Position numbers and translations under genes: made by a program. The notes beneath the pieces were generated by a model. The model did not search any database. It saw only the letters and a program-made list of their open reading frames with translations, and was not told the DNA's origin. DNA of 63,982 bases, counting the filler, from Choristocarpus tenellus KU-1152 (taxonomy: Eukaryota; Protista; Phaeophyceae), in the NCBI GenBank assembly GCA_964200185.2. It is 12 parts of 12 records of this genome, joined end to end, with 100 filler letters (N's around TTAATTAATTAA, not from the genome) between each part and the next. Parts side by side here need not be neighbours in the genome. Positions count along the whole stretch, not along the records: positions 24,035 to 27,686 come from CAXNAD020018715.1; positions 27,787 to 30,667 come from CAXNAD020023957.1; positions 30,768 to 33,565 come from CAXNAD020024656.1; positions 33,666 to 44,670 come from CAXNAD020002569.1; 8 more parts are not named here. The stretch is one strand, 5' to 3'. Shown here piece by piece: positions 24,721 to 38,629 of the stretch. Position 1 is the stretch's first letter; each line of letters begins with the position of its first letter.

Positions 24721-24970
24721 GAGCCAAATTATCTTAGGGTTAGGGTAGAGCCGCGTCCGTTTGGGGGCCAAAGTTCAATGTTGTGATTATGATGTAATTT
24801 TGGCTGTCGTGTTTAGTTAGGAAGTGTCAATATCCTTGTTCATGACACGCCCTTTTCATGATGTATACATTTTACCTACTCCGATACATTTCCGGGTAAG
24901 AAAATGTCATTTAAAAAACCCCGTGGGAAGTCAAGTCCCAAACGGAAAAAAACAGGGCAAAATTCGTACC
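24721..24970. mobile_element. MITE family A (reverse), TTAGGG-variant TIR, truncated at the other end
   Basis: GAGCCAAATTATCTTAGGGTTAGGGTAGAGCCGCGTCC followed by family A body. Confidence 0.85.
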
Positions 24971-27571
24971 TTTGATTATGTTATATTTTGATAACGGAAT
25001 AATTGATAGGAGCGTTTTCTGTTGAGTGATCATGAGAATATTGCACGGGTTATTATTGTACAACAAGAACTCTAGAAAGGGAAGGTTGTATCAAGTGACA
25101 CGGAGAATGAGTGATGTGTTATTGGAATGTGGATGGTTAGGAGACAACCCCCTTTGAGCTTTGAGGTTGACTCTCCTTCCTTACACCTACCTTTCTTACT
25201 TCATGTTCAACCTGTTCTGCATAATAAGGAATTAATCGAGTTACTTACATACATACACAAGTCTTGGGAACATAAATTTCTTTAACATACCTTCTTAACC
25301 TCTTGTGTTGTGTATCTTTCTTTGCTCACGTGTGTTTTTCAGGATCCCGGGGCATGGAGGGGCAACTGACCGGTTTGACTGCCAAGTAGTGATTCTTGCC
25401 CTGGTTTACTTCTACCTCAAAGGAGCACATCCCTCACTAAGCATCTGAGCGAGAAGGTTTTAGTAGATGCCATGAGCCTTTACTTGTTGTGTGTGTTTTG
25501 GGGTGGGTGGGTGGTGAGGGGGTTTTAGCCCAGTGTGAAGTGATTTGTGTTTCTTGTTGAGAACGATTCAGGGGAGGGGGCTTTAAATTTGTTGCATTTT
25601 TTAAAATTATTGCACCTGTTGTCCCTGTTTGTATGGGGACCGCTTGTTCACGATTTGTCAGCCTCCAACTGTGTTGCTTTTGTGTCTTGCAATATTATTG
25701 AATGGTGTCTATATGTACATGCGGATACGTATGTATTGGTTCAATGATAGGTTTGGTGTGGTTTGTGAAGATGATGTAGTAGGAGCTACTCTTGTGGAAG
25801 CGGAGAACACAACACTATCATATAGATGATTGTTGATTAATCGGTTTCAGATTTGAGGCTCTTGTCGGTTTTCGCGTAGTGCTGTATTTACTTTTTTGTG
25901 TACGGCATCGAGAAACTACCTCTTTGTTGTAACTGTCGCTTATTTTGTGGTTGGAATGGTTGTTGATTATGCCAACAAAAGAACTCATGGGTTGCAATAG
26001 TGGTTGGTTACGTGTGTGAGCAAGTGACTACTTGCCCGCATGGGCTGTCTCCTTGCATAGTTATCTAGTACACACTACTGGTGTACACAGATTTAGAACA
26101 CGACCAAGAGGTAACGGACAAGTTATATTCTATCTACTTCAACAGAATATTTACCGACCAATAGGGTGTTTGCACTGGGCACACATTTATTGTTCGCTTT
26201 TTTCGCGTTCTTCTGGAGAAATGTGAATTGGTAGTAATAAATACACACAACCTGGAATTAAAGGGCAAGATTTGATTACTCGGTTGTGACCGTTTTAAAT
26301 TTATACATGAGGATGTATCTCTCCTGTGAAGTCAGTTGACTTTTTCGTGTTGCATGTGCCTAGTCTGTGATTGAAAACATTGACAGGAAACTCTCTAATC
26401 ATTCTAGGGCGGTCACTGGAGACTGGAGACACAGAAGTAAGAGGTCAAGACTAAGAAAATTTCTGCCACCCAGAAATTTATGTTTTCCAGCCTACAGAAG
26501 ACACACTCCTTTTCAAGGTGGTCTTTCAAATATTGAGAAAACCATGTGTGGAACATTTCCGTTGGATTGTATCCCTTACCAGTACAACAGTGGCACTTTC
26601 AAGGTTCAAGTGATCAGAGGAGAGAGGATTGACCGTAAATTGGGACCCCTTTTTCGGGTACCTACATTGGGAAACTACGATGCAGGGTCGACAAGAAACT
26701 TCATGCTGCGATTACTTTACCCTTTCTGGAGAGAGGGTACAAATAGGGAGGTTATGGCGTACGAATTATGCCGGAATAGGGAATAAACCGGCCTTTTAGC
26801 TTTCGTAAAATGTTGAGATTCCATTGTATGCTCCCCAGAGGAAGACACAATGTTACAGCAGTGTATCGATATTTGACACGCTCCAAGCAAAGATGGGAAT
26901 GCTTTTCTTTTTTTTGTCAAATTTCTTCCTGCCCCTATTTTCTCAAAACATAAACACGAGTGCAACAACATTTTTTCCTTTTCTTTTCATGGAACCGCTC
27001 TGTGGACACAACAAATCAACAAAATGGTACTTCCTCCACAGTGGGTAACCAAACCAATTCCACAGCAAATTCAGAGGAGAGTATAATGCTTGATACTACT
27101 ACTACCAGAGTGCACCAAGACCATCATCGGGATGTGTCCTGCCTGGGCAGGAGGGTCAACAAATATGAGTTTCAGATTGATGTGCCCCTTTGCTAATTGT
27201 TGACTCCTTGTGTACTCATTAGCCCTGACAAATGCAGACCATAGCCAGAGTGTTTGTATGATCTGTATCCCTCATGGTCACGGAGCTTTTGAACTGGGGA
27301 TGGACACAGAGCGGTTGAGGTTAATCAGTCTTGCTTGGCAAATTGGTCTTGTGTAATTCATGGCTGATCTGAAGCAAACCTGATTGGTCAACAAGATCAC
27401 GGTGTTAAAAAACCTGATTTGCTTCTGCCTCCCTGCACACTGACCTATTTTATCGTGTCACTGGCATCTTGCTTCAAACAAGGATGATCCCGGTCGTGTA
27501 AGAGACTGGACTAATAAAAAAAGATAGAACGAATTGCAAGGCTGCATGCGAAGTCTTTATATTTGTTCACT

Positions 27572-27606
27572 GACCCAAAGTATCTGAGGGGGGGGGGGGG
27601 GGGGGG
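27572..27606. mobile_element. MITE family B terminus with long G run
   Basis: GACCCAAAGTATCTGAG plus G-run. Confidence 0.7.
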
Positions 27607-28308
27607 TCCACGCGGGGCCCCCCTTTCGAAAACCAACAAGGAAAGACCCCCCCCCCCTACCCCCCCCCCATAGCCAAACAAACACCNNNNNNNNNNNNNN
27701 NNNNNNNNNNNNNNNNNNNNNNNNNNNNNNTTAATTAATTAANNNNNNNNNNNNNNNNNNNNNNNNNNNNNNNNNNNNNNNNNNNNTCGTTTTGAGGTCG
27801 TTGGATTTGAGTTGTACATCCTGGAAGGTGAGCATTGAGGGTCGCCTGTAACACTAACACAACAACAGAATCTGTATTACTTACTGTGAAGGCCTTCCAA
27901 TACACCAACAGTAGTAGTTGCGCATTCAAAAACAAGAAACCAACTCTATCCACGCTCGGAATCGATGTATTGTTCATTGCATTTGGTCTGAAAACGAGAA
28001 ACCTATGATAGTGCAAACAACTGGACCTACTCTTAGACTGGAACAGTAGTGAAGGCAGACTAGAAACAAGGGAAGAGCTCCACAAACCATACTCAGTACT
28101 CCCAGCATACGTACATGTACAATATGCACCACAGGTTTACCATATAACATAATTTTAACATCATACCCCGGAGTATTAATTGTGTGAAATGCATACACGT
28201 ACCTCTACTCGACCCTACTGTTCTACCTTGTGTCTGCAAGGTACCGCCTGTAGCATGATTCCATCCCTCTCCCCTGACTGATGACCTATAGGTGAGAAAG
28301 GTTTCTAA

Positions 28309-28329
28309 TATATATATATATATATATAT
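28309..28329. repeat. (TA)n microsatellite
   Basis: Direct reading of the sequence. Confidence 0.9.
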
Positions 28330-30628
28330 TATAGGTTTCCCATGTGAATGTACACCACCCCAATCCCCACCCTCTTAACCCTCTTTACCGTCCCCTTGTA
28401 ACCACTCCCTAGCCATCGGAAAAAAACGAATACAACATGGTGCTTGATACAGGCTTGACATATTTTCACCCTTTGACCAAGATGTCATGCTTAACTTTGG
28501 ACTGAGCGTGTCTTGGCAGACCATTAACACCTTGAAACCATAAATTTATTGTGACACTTTGACCCATGGACTATCCCCCCTAGTGCACAAAGTTGAAAGC
28601 CTGCAGAGATGACCCTCCTGTGCATGATGGCAGGATTTAGGTAAAAGAAAGCGATGAGATTGAGATCTATTTTGCCCACACATATCCCCAAGAAGATGTT
28701 ACTTTTTAATTTGTCGCAGATGGAGGTAATGTGATCAAACACAAAGTGCTACCACAAATATTTGACGCCAGTTGCCGTATCTAGTGGATGAATTACACAG
28801 AGGAAAAAATAGACGTTATATTATCACTCCAAACATGCCATTGCATCTACAACATAGGTGCCCGAACACAGCTGCCAGGGGGTTCGTCCTGCTGCTGAGA
28901 GCACACAGCCAGCCTAACCATAAGCGAACAAGATTTCATTACCAACCTCCTCCTTATTATCTCTGGTTGGTGCAAATCCTGGTGCGAATCCACACAACGC
29001 TACATCACACAGTCATCCACCAACAGGGACTTCAACGGCACAGCGGGAGGCCTTTTTTTATGCAGTGAATTTTGTGCTTAACTCGCCATACTAGTAATGA
29101 TCACTTCTATGTATTCTATGCCCATACATTGCAGATACATTTGAAAGGGGGAACTGAGGGTGGGAGGGTGGGCTATGGATCGAAGGAAGTGCATCAAGTG
29201 TTCTCAAGAGCCTTCCGTCGCCCTCTCCAACACAAAAACAAAGCCCTCCTCTTCAGGCCTGCTCTCCTGTCTACCATACAGCACACGAAATCCCTTGTCA
29301 AGGTACGTCATTTGCCATATCCTTCGTTCTGTCTCATCCCGATCAAACTTCTTGCTCTGGACTGTGAACCCTGCCAGCTTGTTGTACACCTGTGCAAGTG
29401 GAAGGCAAAAGGAGGGGGTGGGTAGGGAGGGAGGACAGCAAAGGGGGGGGGGGGGCTCTGCTACTTTCGATGGTTCTACATCCTGAACAACAAGCGTCGC
29501 TTTCTACCCCTGCGACTTCAGTCCCGAGGCCAACCTGATGGGTGCTGGTTCAGGGCTAGGTGTGAGAATACCGCAGAGTTCACACATGAGTAGTGTTGTC
29601 TAGCACTAGTACTTTGCTGACTCTTGTTCTCAACCACTCTCCATTCCCTACTCTGTCATGCACAGCTCCATGCATTAACGCACACCACTGCATCTTATTT
29701 CCCGAAAATAATGCCCCATCCTTTTGTGTAGGGTTATGGCACAAAGTCATAAAGAAAAGCTGAGTTGGTAGGAGACAGTGTCGCACCACGTCGAATGATA
29801 TTGCCCAGTTGAAGTCATCGATGACCTCAGTGTCGGCCTCAAGAGCACCCTGTTGCAGGCAGGTGTCGTTGGAGAGCAGGACAGGAGGGACAGCTCAGGG
29901 TCGTGGAAGAGCAGACAATGGGGGTTGGGATGGAAGACGAGGGATTCGGAAGGACCAGCCAAACAATATCGGCACGAGCAGGAAGAAATAGCCGAGGAGT
30001 AGCTAATGACCTTGTTGTGTACTAGGGCAAATGTAATCATACTGTCACAAAATGTAAACGCATACCCCAGAGTAGTTGATTTCAGTGCCACTGCTGCAAT
30101 AAGAAAATGCTATTCAAAGTGTGACTGCACATTTGAGACCCCTTCCGGAAGGGCCTTTCCTGGAAGAAGCAATCGGTACACTTGTTTTTGAAGATTCCAA
30201 ACAAAATTCTTGGGAGATGTGGCATGTTGCCCATGGAGAAGTTTGCTTGTCTAGGTCTAAAAACGTGTCGTGGCATGAGTCACTCACCCTCAAAGCCCAC
30301 TCTGGTCCCAGCTCCAACATGTTGCTAACTGGTGGTGAGATTTTTTAAGACGGTGGCAGCAGGGGTTGCGGCAGTGGGAGTCAAAGCGATATCAGCCAAA
30401 GGCAAGGGTTGGATGGGGTAGAACAGAAACTGTGCACTGTGCTTGAAGGGCCTCCGTTGGGCTTCTACTATCTGGAAAAAGAGAATCAGGTCGCAGTGAC
30501 TACTTACAAACCTCATGGTAATATTAATTCTCAAAGTCATGAAAAAGAGTAGGGGTCTCACCCCCATGTCAGTAGTTCATAAATATATATAGGCCCAAAT
30601 GTACCCCAGGCAGGAACACTAGACAACA

Positions 30629-30667
30629 GGCTCAAAGTATCTGGGGGGGGGGGTCTACACTAGGGTG
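30629..30667. mobile_element. MITE family B terminus at contig end
   Basis: GGCTCAAAGTATCTGGGGGGGGGGTCTACAC. Confidence 0.8.
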
Positions 30668-31695
30668 NNNNNNNNNNNNNNNNNNNNNNNNNNNNNNNNN
30701 NNNNNNNNNNNTTAATTAATTAANNNNNNNNNNNNNNNNNNNNNNNNNNNNNNNNNNNNNNNNNNNNCAGCGCCTCATCCCACTTCCTTCGAAATTTGTG
30801 GGGTATAATGGTGACGATGATGGGGAGGGGTCTCCCTTGTACAAGAAACGGTTTTTAACTTGTGCTGCAATGGGTGGATGGATGGATGCATTGTTCACTC
30901 AAGACCACATCAGGGTGGGCCTTGAAGGACGCAACACGTCAAGGTGGATACGGCAGAAAGTACGAGAAGCCAGTATGGCGTTGGCTGGATTGGTTATGAG
31001 TGTAGGTGAACTTGCACTCGACATTGTCGATAATCTCAACAGCCTGTTTGAAGCTTTTCAGGTACTGAGAAACCGTTTCGAAAGAGACGGTATCACGGAA
31101 GGAGCTATGAGGAGATTAAAGTTACATGAAATGCGTCTAGCAATTGGGGCGGATCCTGCTGATATTATTCAAGATATGGAAAAGCTGGTGAAGAAGTTGC
31201 GGAGTCTTGGCGCTGAACCAGACGAGGAAAAGTAGCTGACAGTTATTCACAACTGCTTTGCTCCAGAGTATACGATCGCGATAGGTCAGATTTCCGATGT
31301 GGGTCGAACGATTAGGTTGCAACTTTAGAAGAGGGTTTGCGAAACCTACAAGATGAACAAGAGGTTGGTGGACAATGGTATTGGGAGCCACAATGGAGCG
31401 TTGATATCTCGTGGAAGCTCGACTTTCAATAATGGCTGGACATCATGGTCAAGGAATAAAATGTTTCAAGTGCGGTGGACTGCATTACATGTCTGTTTGT
31501 CCGTCTGTTTCTTCCCCACCTGTAACAGGCAAATTTTCCAGTACCTGCTACATTTTAGATCGGGACAAAAAGGTAAAAATTGTCCTGGAGGTGCAGTGGC
31601 TATGGTGGCAGCCAAACAAGTTGTAGATGGTGGCACAGCGACTAAACAGAGGAAGAGGCGTGGTTGAGGGAAGGTGAATGATGGAAATAATGGAC

Positions 31696-31949
31696 AAGTG
31701 AGAGTATCTTAGAGGGTACGAGTTTTTTGCCCTGTTTGTCCATTTGGGGGTTGGCTTCCCTCAGGGTTCTTTATTACTTTTTCCTACTCCAAAATATTTC
31801 TGAGTAGGTAAAATGTGTGCGTTATGAAAAGGTGTGTCCGAAACAAGGATATTGACACTTCCTAACAAACACAATAGCCAAAATTACATCAAAATCGCAC
31901 CTTTGGTTTTTTGCCCCCAAATGGACGCGGCTCTACGATACTTTGGCTC
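31696..31949. mobile_element. MITE family A with TSD GGAC inside the copia relic
   Basis: GGAC at 31692-31695 and 31950-31953; family A body. Confidence 0.92.
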
Positions 31950-32486
31950 GGACCGTCGAAGATGCTAGAAGGTTTCTCGGCGGTGAGGGATGAGAATGTT
32001 GAACAGTGGGATGATGAATGACATTTTGATACTGGGTGTTCTGCGCATTTGACCAACAACCCCATTGCTTTGATAGACCAACGACCTGTTAGTGGAAAGT
32101 TCGTGACTGTTGGTATAGGACAGAAACTTAGAACTACCATGGTTGGAAACTTGCCACTACGTTGTATACAGAATAAGAAGGTTTATGATTTTGTTCTGTG
32201 CAATGTGTTGTTGGTTCCAGAGTTAACGTTCAATCTTTCCTCGATAGTTCAACATGGACGTCAATCAGGTGGAGAAATATATTGGGGGGGGAAATTCTTT
32301 GAAGTTAACCCCATCAGCAGGTGGACCTCCTCTTATTTTTTCATCAACCCCAGGAAAGAATTTTGATTTGTTCACATTGAAGGCAAGGAGGAGAATGCCT
32401 GCAACACCTACACCGTCACATAGACCAACTCTCCCATACCTACCTGATGAGACCGAAGTGGTATTTGCGCTTGGAGGAACAGCAGC

Positions 32487-32650
32487 AATCAACCTCGCCC
32501 AAGAGGGGACTAGAGGTGTCAATTTCGCGCGGGATGGGGGTGGGAGTATCGACCTTGCCCAGGAGGGGGCTAGAGGAGTCAAGAGGTATTGACCTAGCCC
32601 AAGCTGGGGCTAGAGATGTCTATCTCGACCAAGAGGAGAATATTTGGGAT
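32487..32650 (+). repeat. 30-bp (10-aa) degenerate tandem repeat
   Basis: INLAQEGTRG / VNFARDGGGS / IDLAQEGARG / IDLAQAGARD / VYLDQEENIW. Confidence 0.75.
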
Positions 32651-33194
32651 ATTGATTGAGAAGGATTGATGATTGAGGCTACTACATCAGTGGAGGATGC
32701 TGTAGTGAATGAGTAACTTCCCCCTGAGGTGTGGGTGAAGTGAATGTTGAAACCTGAATCGAATGCATCGTACATGTAAGCAATATACGTAGACTACTAG
32801 CGATGAGGAATCATGGTGTTGCAAAGCACCAATGAGCGATATGCATAGTCTATGTTATGGATAGGTGTGATTGTGCTGCAAATCACCGATATATTTATTC
32901 TGTTGTAACTGAGGTCATTGATCTCTCAGTCAAGAATGATGCGATGTGAATTCAGTATTCTTGGTTACTCAATCCAGAATGATGTGATGTGAATTCAGTG
33001 TTCTTTCATGAGATACTCAACGAAAGAAGTCCACGCTCTGTGGAGAGGCTTGTTACCTTGGCTGGCAAGGGTTTCCGCAGATGGTTTAAACTCTGATTTA
33101 TATTACATTCATGTGTGTGTTTAGTACACAGTTTGTAGAGAGGGTTTGGTGCAATTTGAGGGATCAATGGCAGTCACGAAAGAAATAATAATCA

Positions 33195-33498
33195 TCAACG
33201 TACAACTGTCATCTTCTGCTGATAAGAAGAAAGAGTGAAAGAAAAACAAACAATAAAACAACACAACAAAATTGAAACAATATGTGATACAATTCAAGTG
33301 GCGTATACTATACTATACTATTTGTGTGAAACGCAGAGCGACTGTTCTGTACAAAGGTGTTCTGATTGTAGTTGATGTGGTGATGACGAACTAGTGAAAG
33401 CAACGTCCAGAACGGAAAAGACCAATCAACAGTCAGTGTTGACTGGTGGAACTATATCGTATCAAGGAACAAACAGATGAGTAGCCTATGTTTTAACA
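33195..33498. repeat. Inverted copy of the 19547-19852 repeat (probable LTR)
   Basis: Ends CAGATGAGTAGCCTATGTTTTAACA. Confidence 0.75.
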
Positions 33499-36450
33499 GT
33501 GAATGTCATTGTCCCAGAGGGGATTGTTGGGGGGGAGGGACCTACCCTAAAGATGGAACCACCAGNNNNNNNNNNNNNNNNNNNNNNNNNNNNNNNNNNN
33601 NNNNNNNNNTTAATTAATTAANNNNNNNNNNNNNNNNNNNNNNNNNNNNNNNNNNNNNNNNNNNNCAGTGGTACCCCCGTGCTATTGACAAAGGGTGGGG
33701 GGGGGCGTGGAGGAGGTGGGGGGGGGGGGAGAAGGAGGCTATGAAGAGAGGAGAGGTTGATTCGCCTATTGATAATCACAGGCCATCACACTTGTAACAC
33801 TTGGGCTACATGTGACAGGGTCAGAGTAGCAAATATTTGCTGACCTTCAGGCACAAAGTTCGTCACTTGAAGCAAATTTGTGAGGTATTCACCGGAGCCA
33901 GCTCTTTGGGGACATGCACCTCTTCTAGAGTAGGGAAGAGGTGGAATTTTTTGTTAGGTTGTGGAGTTGAAGCAACCACATGCCGGCCTTAGCGCTGTAG
34001 GTAGGTTTGCAAAGCCATGCCCCGGAAGTGGCATGTGCTGACCCTAACCCTAGTTTGACGATGTGGTTGTGCAATGAATGGTGGACTTGCCAATGTCACG
34101 GTTATCAAAGTCCACACCTCCTACACTGGTCTGCAAGGTAAAATTGTGAGAATTCTCACGGGTTTTCCCAAGGCGTTGTCCATGCTTTGTCAGGACAACA
34201 GTACGTCAGTCCACTTTTGAGGGAGGTGGAAAGGAACAGTTACAAACCAAGCTTAGATAGAGGAGAGAGAAACTACCATCAAGGGATTGAGCAAAGCTCA
34301 TGTGCCATTTCGTTCCTTTGACTCTCCCACTTCATATGGTGTTGTTTCGAAAATGTACTCATCCCTTGGAAGATTTGCTAGAGGTTTTCCCCAGCCCTCG
34401 CTGTACTGGCGTCTGTTGTCCGCCTGCTACGAAGTGGACTGTGGCCTGCTGCTCAGTAGTCTTAAGTTGGTATGTTTTAGGTCTGCGGTGATCGTCAGGA
34501 TGCCATTGCCGAGAGCTGCAAGTAGTCCACGTGATGAGGGAGGATTTGGGAGGGCAAACGAAATGAGAGGGCGGATTGTGTTTTACTTACACTGGTCAAT
34601 GCTGTGACTCATGTAGGTAATACTCTTAACCTGCTGTGGTGACTGAGGTTACCAAATTGTCTTGTGTATTTGTAAGGAGCAGACATGTTGTACCTGTACT
34701 ATTTAGTATTCCATGCAACATTGGTGCTCCTTTGCAAATTGAGTTTTGTTGGCAATCCATGCAAGCGCCTTTCCTACTTGTAAAGCAGCAGATGGTTAGG
34801 AGTATAGACTGGTTGCCATACATGACCCCACTATTGGTGGCACTGTTCATGGCAGCGGATGTGCCATGAGGTGACTTCACCTGAACTTTCCCTATTGGGT
34901 CCATCTTGATTTATGTTCCCTGTGACCTGTACAGTAGCAATGGCATAGTGAGAGATGGCTGATGATGGTACCCTCAGCAAGTGCTTTTTGGGTGTGGATT
35001 TGTTGATAGATTCCAGTAGTTGCACCTCTTACCATTTGCCCATACGAACCCATTTCCAGTCACATTGACATGACAGATTGTCAGTGCTTGGTGTATTTTT
35101 TTATATTTCTATATCAACACAATGTGAAAGTAGTGTTTGGAGCTCGACTGAGGGTTGTGACAAAGCTTTGTAGATACTTGGCAGCTGTCCTACGCAGCAA
35201 GCATGAACTCCCCTACTTTTTTCTTGTGGTCTATGGGCCCCCATAATACATTGACGTAAAATTAGGCTGCAAATTCCCCTGCCTGGGATGGCTGCTCTAT
35301 TCATTATTTCTGGTACTCTGTGTCGGGCTGACCGTGGGCAAGTAAGTTCTCCTTGCCTTGTCCCCATAACAACAAAAAGAGCAAGAACAACTGTGGTTCG
35401 ACCACAGGGGATAAGCCAGCATCCACATTAATAAGCATGACAAATCAGAGAGTGTGAACGGCATATAGCCAAATAGATTGCTTCATACTTCCGAGTACAG
35501 TTCAGTGTGCTTTCCTCTCACCATGCTGAGTATCTTCTCCTTGTCGCTTTTCGTCTTTTCTGTTGATTCCTTCTTTTCATTCGATTTTCTGCTGAAAGTG
35601 AGCCATGCTCAGATGTGGGTCCTTCCTTCCTAGGTGTGAAGAATGTGAATGGAATACTTCGTGCCAGTTAATAATCCTTAGCCAAAAAAGGGAAAAAGGA
35701 AAAATTGTCTTGTATGCAGCTAACCCTCAACTAGGAATGAGAATACAACATCAAACCAATGTAGAAATGGCCAGTCCAGTAGTGGACAACTCATGATGTG
35801 TCTCTCAAATGAAGGCTTGCACACTTACATCGAGGAGGCGTATAGAAGCATGCGTTGCGTGAGAGGGGTGGTCATAATTACGTAACATAGTACACACCAA
35901 GGACAGGACAACAGGAACGATACATACAGAAGTGTGGTAATTCGTGAAAAGAATGGTGTGTAAGAGGGGGAGAGAGAGTTAGGCACTTCAACGATATGTG
36001 GCATGTGCTACAGGGACTATGCTGGTTGAGCATCCTGGACGTAATTTATGCAACACTCTCAAGTGTAGCACCAGTGTCAGCAATAATATATGGCATGCGT
36101 ATGACTGATACCGACACAATCAATGGGTGTGGAAGTATAAAAAGTAACGACAAGCAATATTAGAAGGAGGTTGGACCAAACGAAATAAGCACTATAATCT
36201 TCTAGTAATGTTGTAGACGATTTCTGCTACTGCACAGCGTCCCCTGATTGCTTCCATCTACCTGCCTTCTGCTTGCTTAGTTTCCTCCAGAAAGCGTGAG
36301 CAAACCCACACGACTTTGCTTACTTCACACGAAGGAGAGACATTGAAGAAACATGTCGGTTCGGTGTTTCAAGTGACTTACATACTGCTGGCAAATTATG
36401 ATATCAAGATAGCTTTTCTAGAACACTAGGCGATTATGTTATGGGAGCAA

Positions 36451-36822
36451 TGTTGAAATATTCCACACTGGACCCGCAGCTTTGGTGCTTTGATGAAATA
36501 CAATGAATAGCCTAGTGTAGATAAGCAAAGTTAGTATTACAAGAGGGCTAGTGGTCTCGATTCCACTGACTGAGTACGTAGGTGAGACTAGCCTAAACAA
36601 TCACTATTATTTCTATAGTGTGGGGTTTGTAATCGTCCACACTAACTTACTATTAATCACTTATTTACTTGTCTTAAGTATAGAAAGTGTATCTGGAACA
36701 TGATACGAAAATCAATCAACACTATGAGTCAGTACATATAATTTATCTGCCACTTGCTCTCCATCCTATTATCTAATCCACCAGTGGTGTCTATAGTGTA
36801 TCAGCAGAACTATCCACGAACA
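36451..36822 (-). mobile_element. Solo LTR of the 3351-5365 family
   Basis: TGTTGAAATATTCCACACTGGACCCGC ... TATCCACGAACA; TSD AGCAA on both sides. Confidence 0.92.
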
Positions 36823-38366
36823 AGCAACTCTATCTAGGGCAGAGAAAAAGGGTAGCTAAACAGCAGACAGAGATCCTTCCATGATTATATATGTCATACC
36901 CAATCAACACATTACTCCTTCTTGACGAAAACTGAGAAATTGGAGTTTTCTCTACCAATTTTAGAAAATTCGAAATTGTCACCTGAAACATATCAAATGT
37001 TCGTAAGACAGGGGAAAAAAACTGTAGGAACAAATTCGTTTTATGTGCAAATCATTTTCAACAAATTCGTTTTGAATGGAGATGATCAACAAATCAATGT
37101 CTCTACATGCGATCAAAGGTATTTCTGCTCTGCCCTAATGATATAAGCAAATTATAACAAATACTTCCATATGAAAGATCCCGTTGCCCCCAGTAGATGT
37201 GCTTTGTCTGTTGCCCCTGTCATAAAGGTACGGGAGAACAAGAAAGCCGAGAAAAACTGGTAGTTACTAGCATTTTTTACAACGTGAATAAGAAGAGATT
37301 GGAGAAGTTGGAGAAGTTGGAGATGTCCTGTCTTTTGCAAAAGGAAGCACGCGCATCGCATGGCGAACAAGTGTAGCATGCCTGGGATCACTAGGAGGGT
37401 GAGGCTGCCATATGGACCACCAGCAGGACAAGAGGTGTACCATTCATGGCAACAGCAACAAGGACAATACGTCAGGAATGATCGCATCAATAATCAAGCT
37501 GGGTACGTGAGTTTCTTGTGCTCCTCCTCCTGTCGACATGACATTGCTGTAGTGAAAAAAATACGCTTTCATGTGTAATAACTCAATACCCTTACTCGTA
37601 GTAATTAGTAGTAAATCAATTTCGGGTATTTCAATAACTTCTATTCTGTATAATCACCCTGCTTAGAGCACTGCATGATACACCATCTCTTCAGTATATA
37701 CAGTTGGAGTAGGAGGAGGAGCAGCAGGAGGAGTAGTCGATGATGAGTACATAAAAACTTATCAAATGCCTAGATGGTCAAAATGAGGTAGAAGAGGCTA
37801 AAGAAGTTAGAAAAGAACTTAGTAAAGGAAGGAAGTTTTTGTTGACCTTGTAAAAGAATTAGAAAAGATGAAAATTCGAAGCTAATGGTGGAGAACTTGG
37901 TTAATATCTGATTCTATATTTCTCTTACCGTAAAACAACAATAAATATAATTAATTTTGTTCTTGTTGTATAAAAGGAACAATATGATCCATAGATTGAA
38001 AAACTGTTTGAATCATTCCTTCTGGTTGAAATACTGATTTTGTTACAACTATATATCTCGCCCAGGGGTTTTGAAACCCCTCAGACTAATGTGAAGGCAA
38101 AAATGATGGTGATGATAAAAACAACAATAGTTCCTGTAAGTAGTGGACCATAAGAGTGTACACATTACTCTGTAGTGAACAACATTTTTAACAGGGGACA
38201 TTGTTGCGTAATGTTAGTCTTCAACTTGGAACTATATTTTAGAGAGGTGCCTTAGCATTAACGTCAAACTGTTGTATTTACAGCAGCCCTTGTAATACAG
38301 TCTTGTTATTTCCCTGACACATCTGTAAAATATCGGAGGGCATAATCATATAGCATACTTCGAAGT

Positions 38367-38629
38367 GAGTCAAAGTAAACGAGAGGCCCCCCAGGTTTTG
38401 GTTGTTTTGCATTTTAAGCCAGTTCTTGAGTCTTTTGCAATTCACCCACATTTCTATGGATGAAGTGCTGAGCTTGACTTAAGAAGGTAGATTTCTATAT
38501 TGTTTGAAAAATTTCGAGACAATTCAGAAAATATCCTACGAGCATTTGTAAAAATAGACGGACTTTGCACACATTTGTCAGCATCCAAAAAAAAGTGCAA
38601 ATCCGGGTACCTCTCCTTTACTTTGACTC
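38367..38629. mobile_element. MITE family C, full copy
   Basis: GAGTCAAAGTAAACGAGAGG ... CCTCTCCTTTACTTTGACTC; body similar to 57057-57324. Confidence 0.85.

Larger units (their letters stand above)
30790..32660 (+). pseudogene. Ty1/copia gag-protease relic
   Basis: UBN2-type gag (FEAFQVLRNRFE...DMEKLVKKLRSLG), knuckle CFKCGGLHYMSVC, protease FDTGCSAHLTNN, NVLLVPELTFNLSS; stops and frameshifts. Confidence 0.88.

Noticed and set aside
27000-27520. Possible pogo-type DDE relic (LLLPPCTL resembling FLPPNTT)
   Set aside because: Single weak motif amid many stops
28500-30570. Cluster of short ORFs, similarly 34290-35370, 46500-47940 and 59400-60000
   Set aside because: Probably decayed TE coding sequence, but no diagnostic motif could be identified
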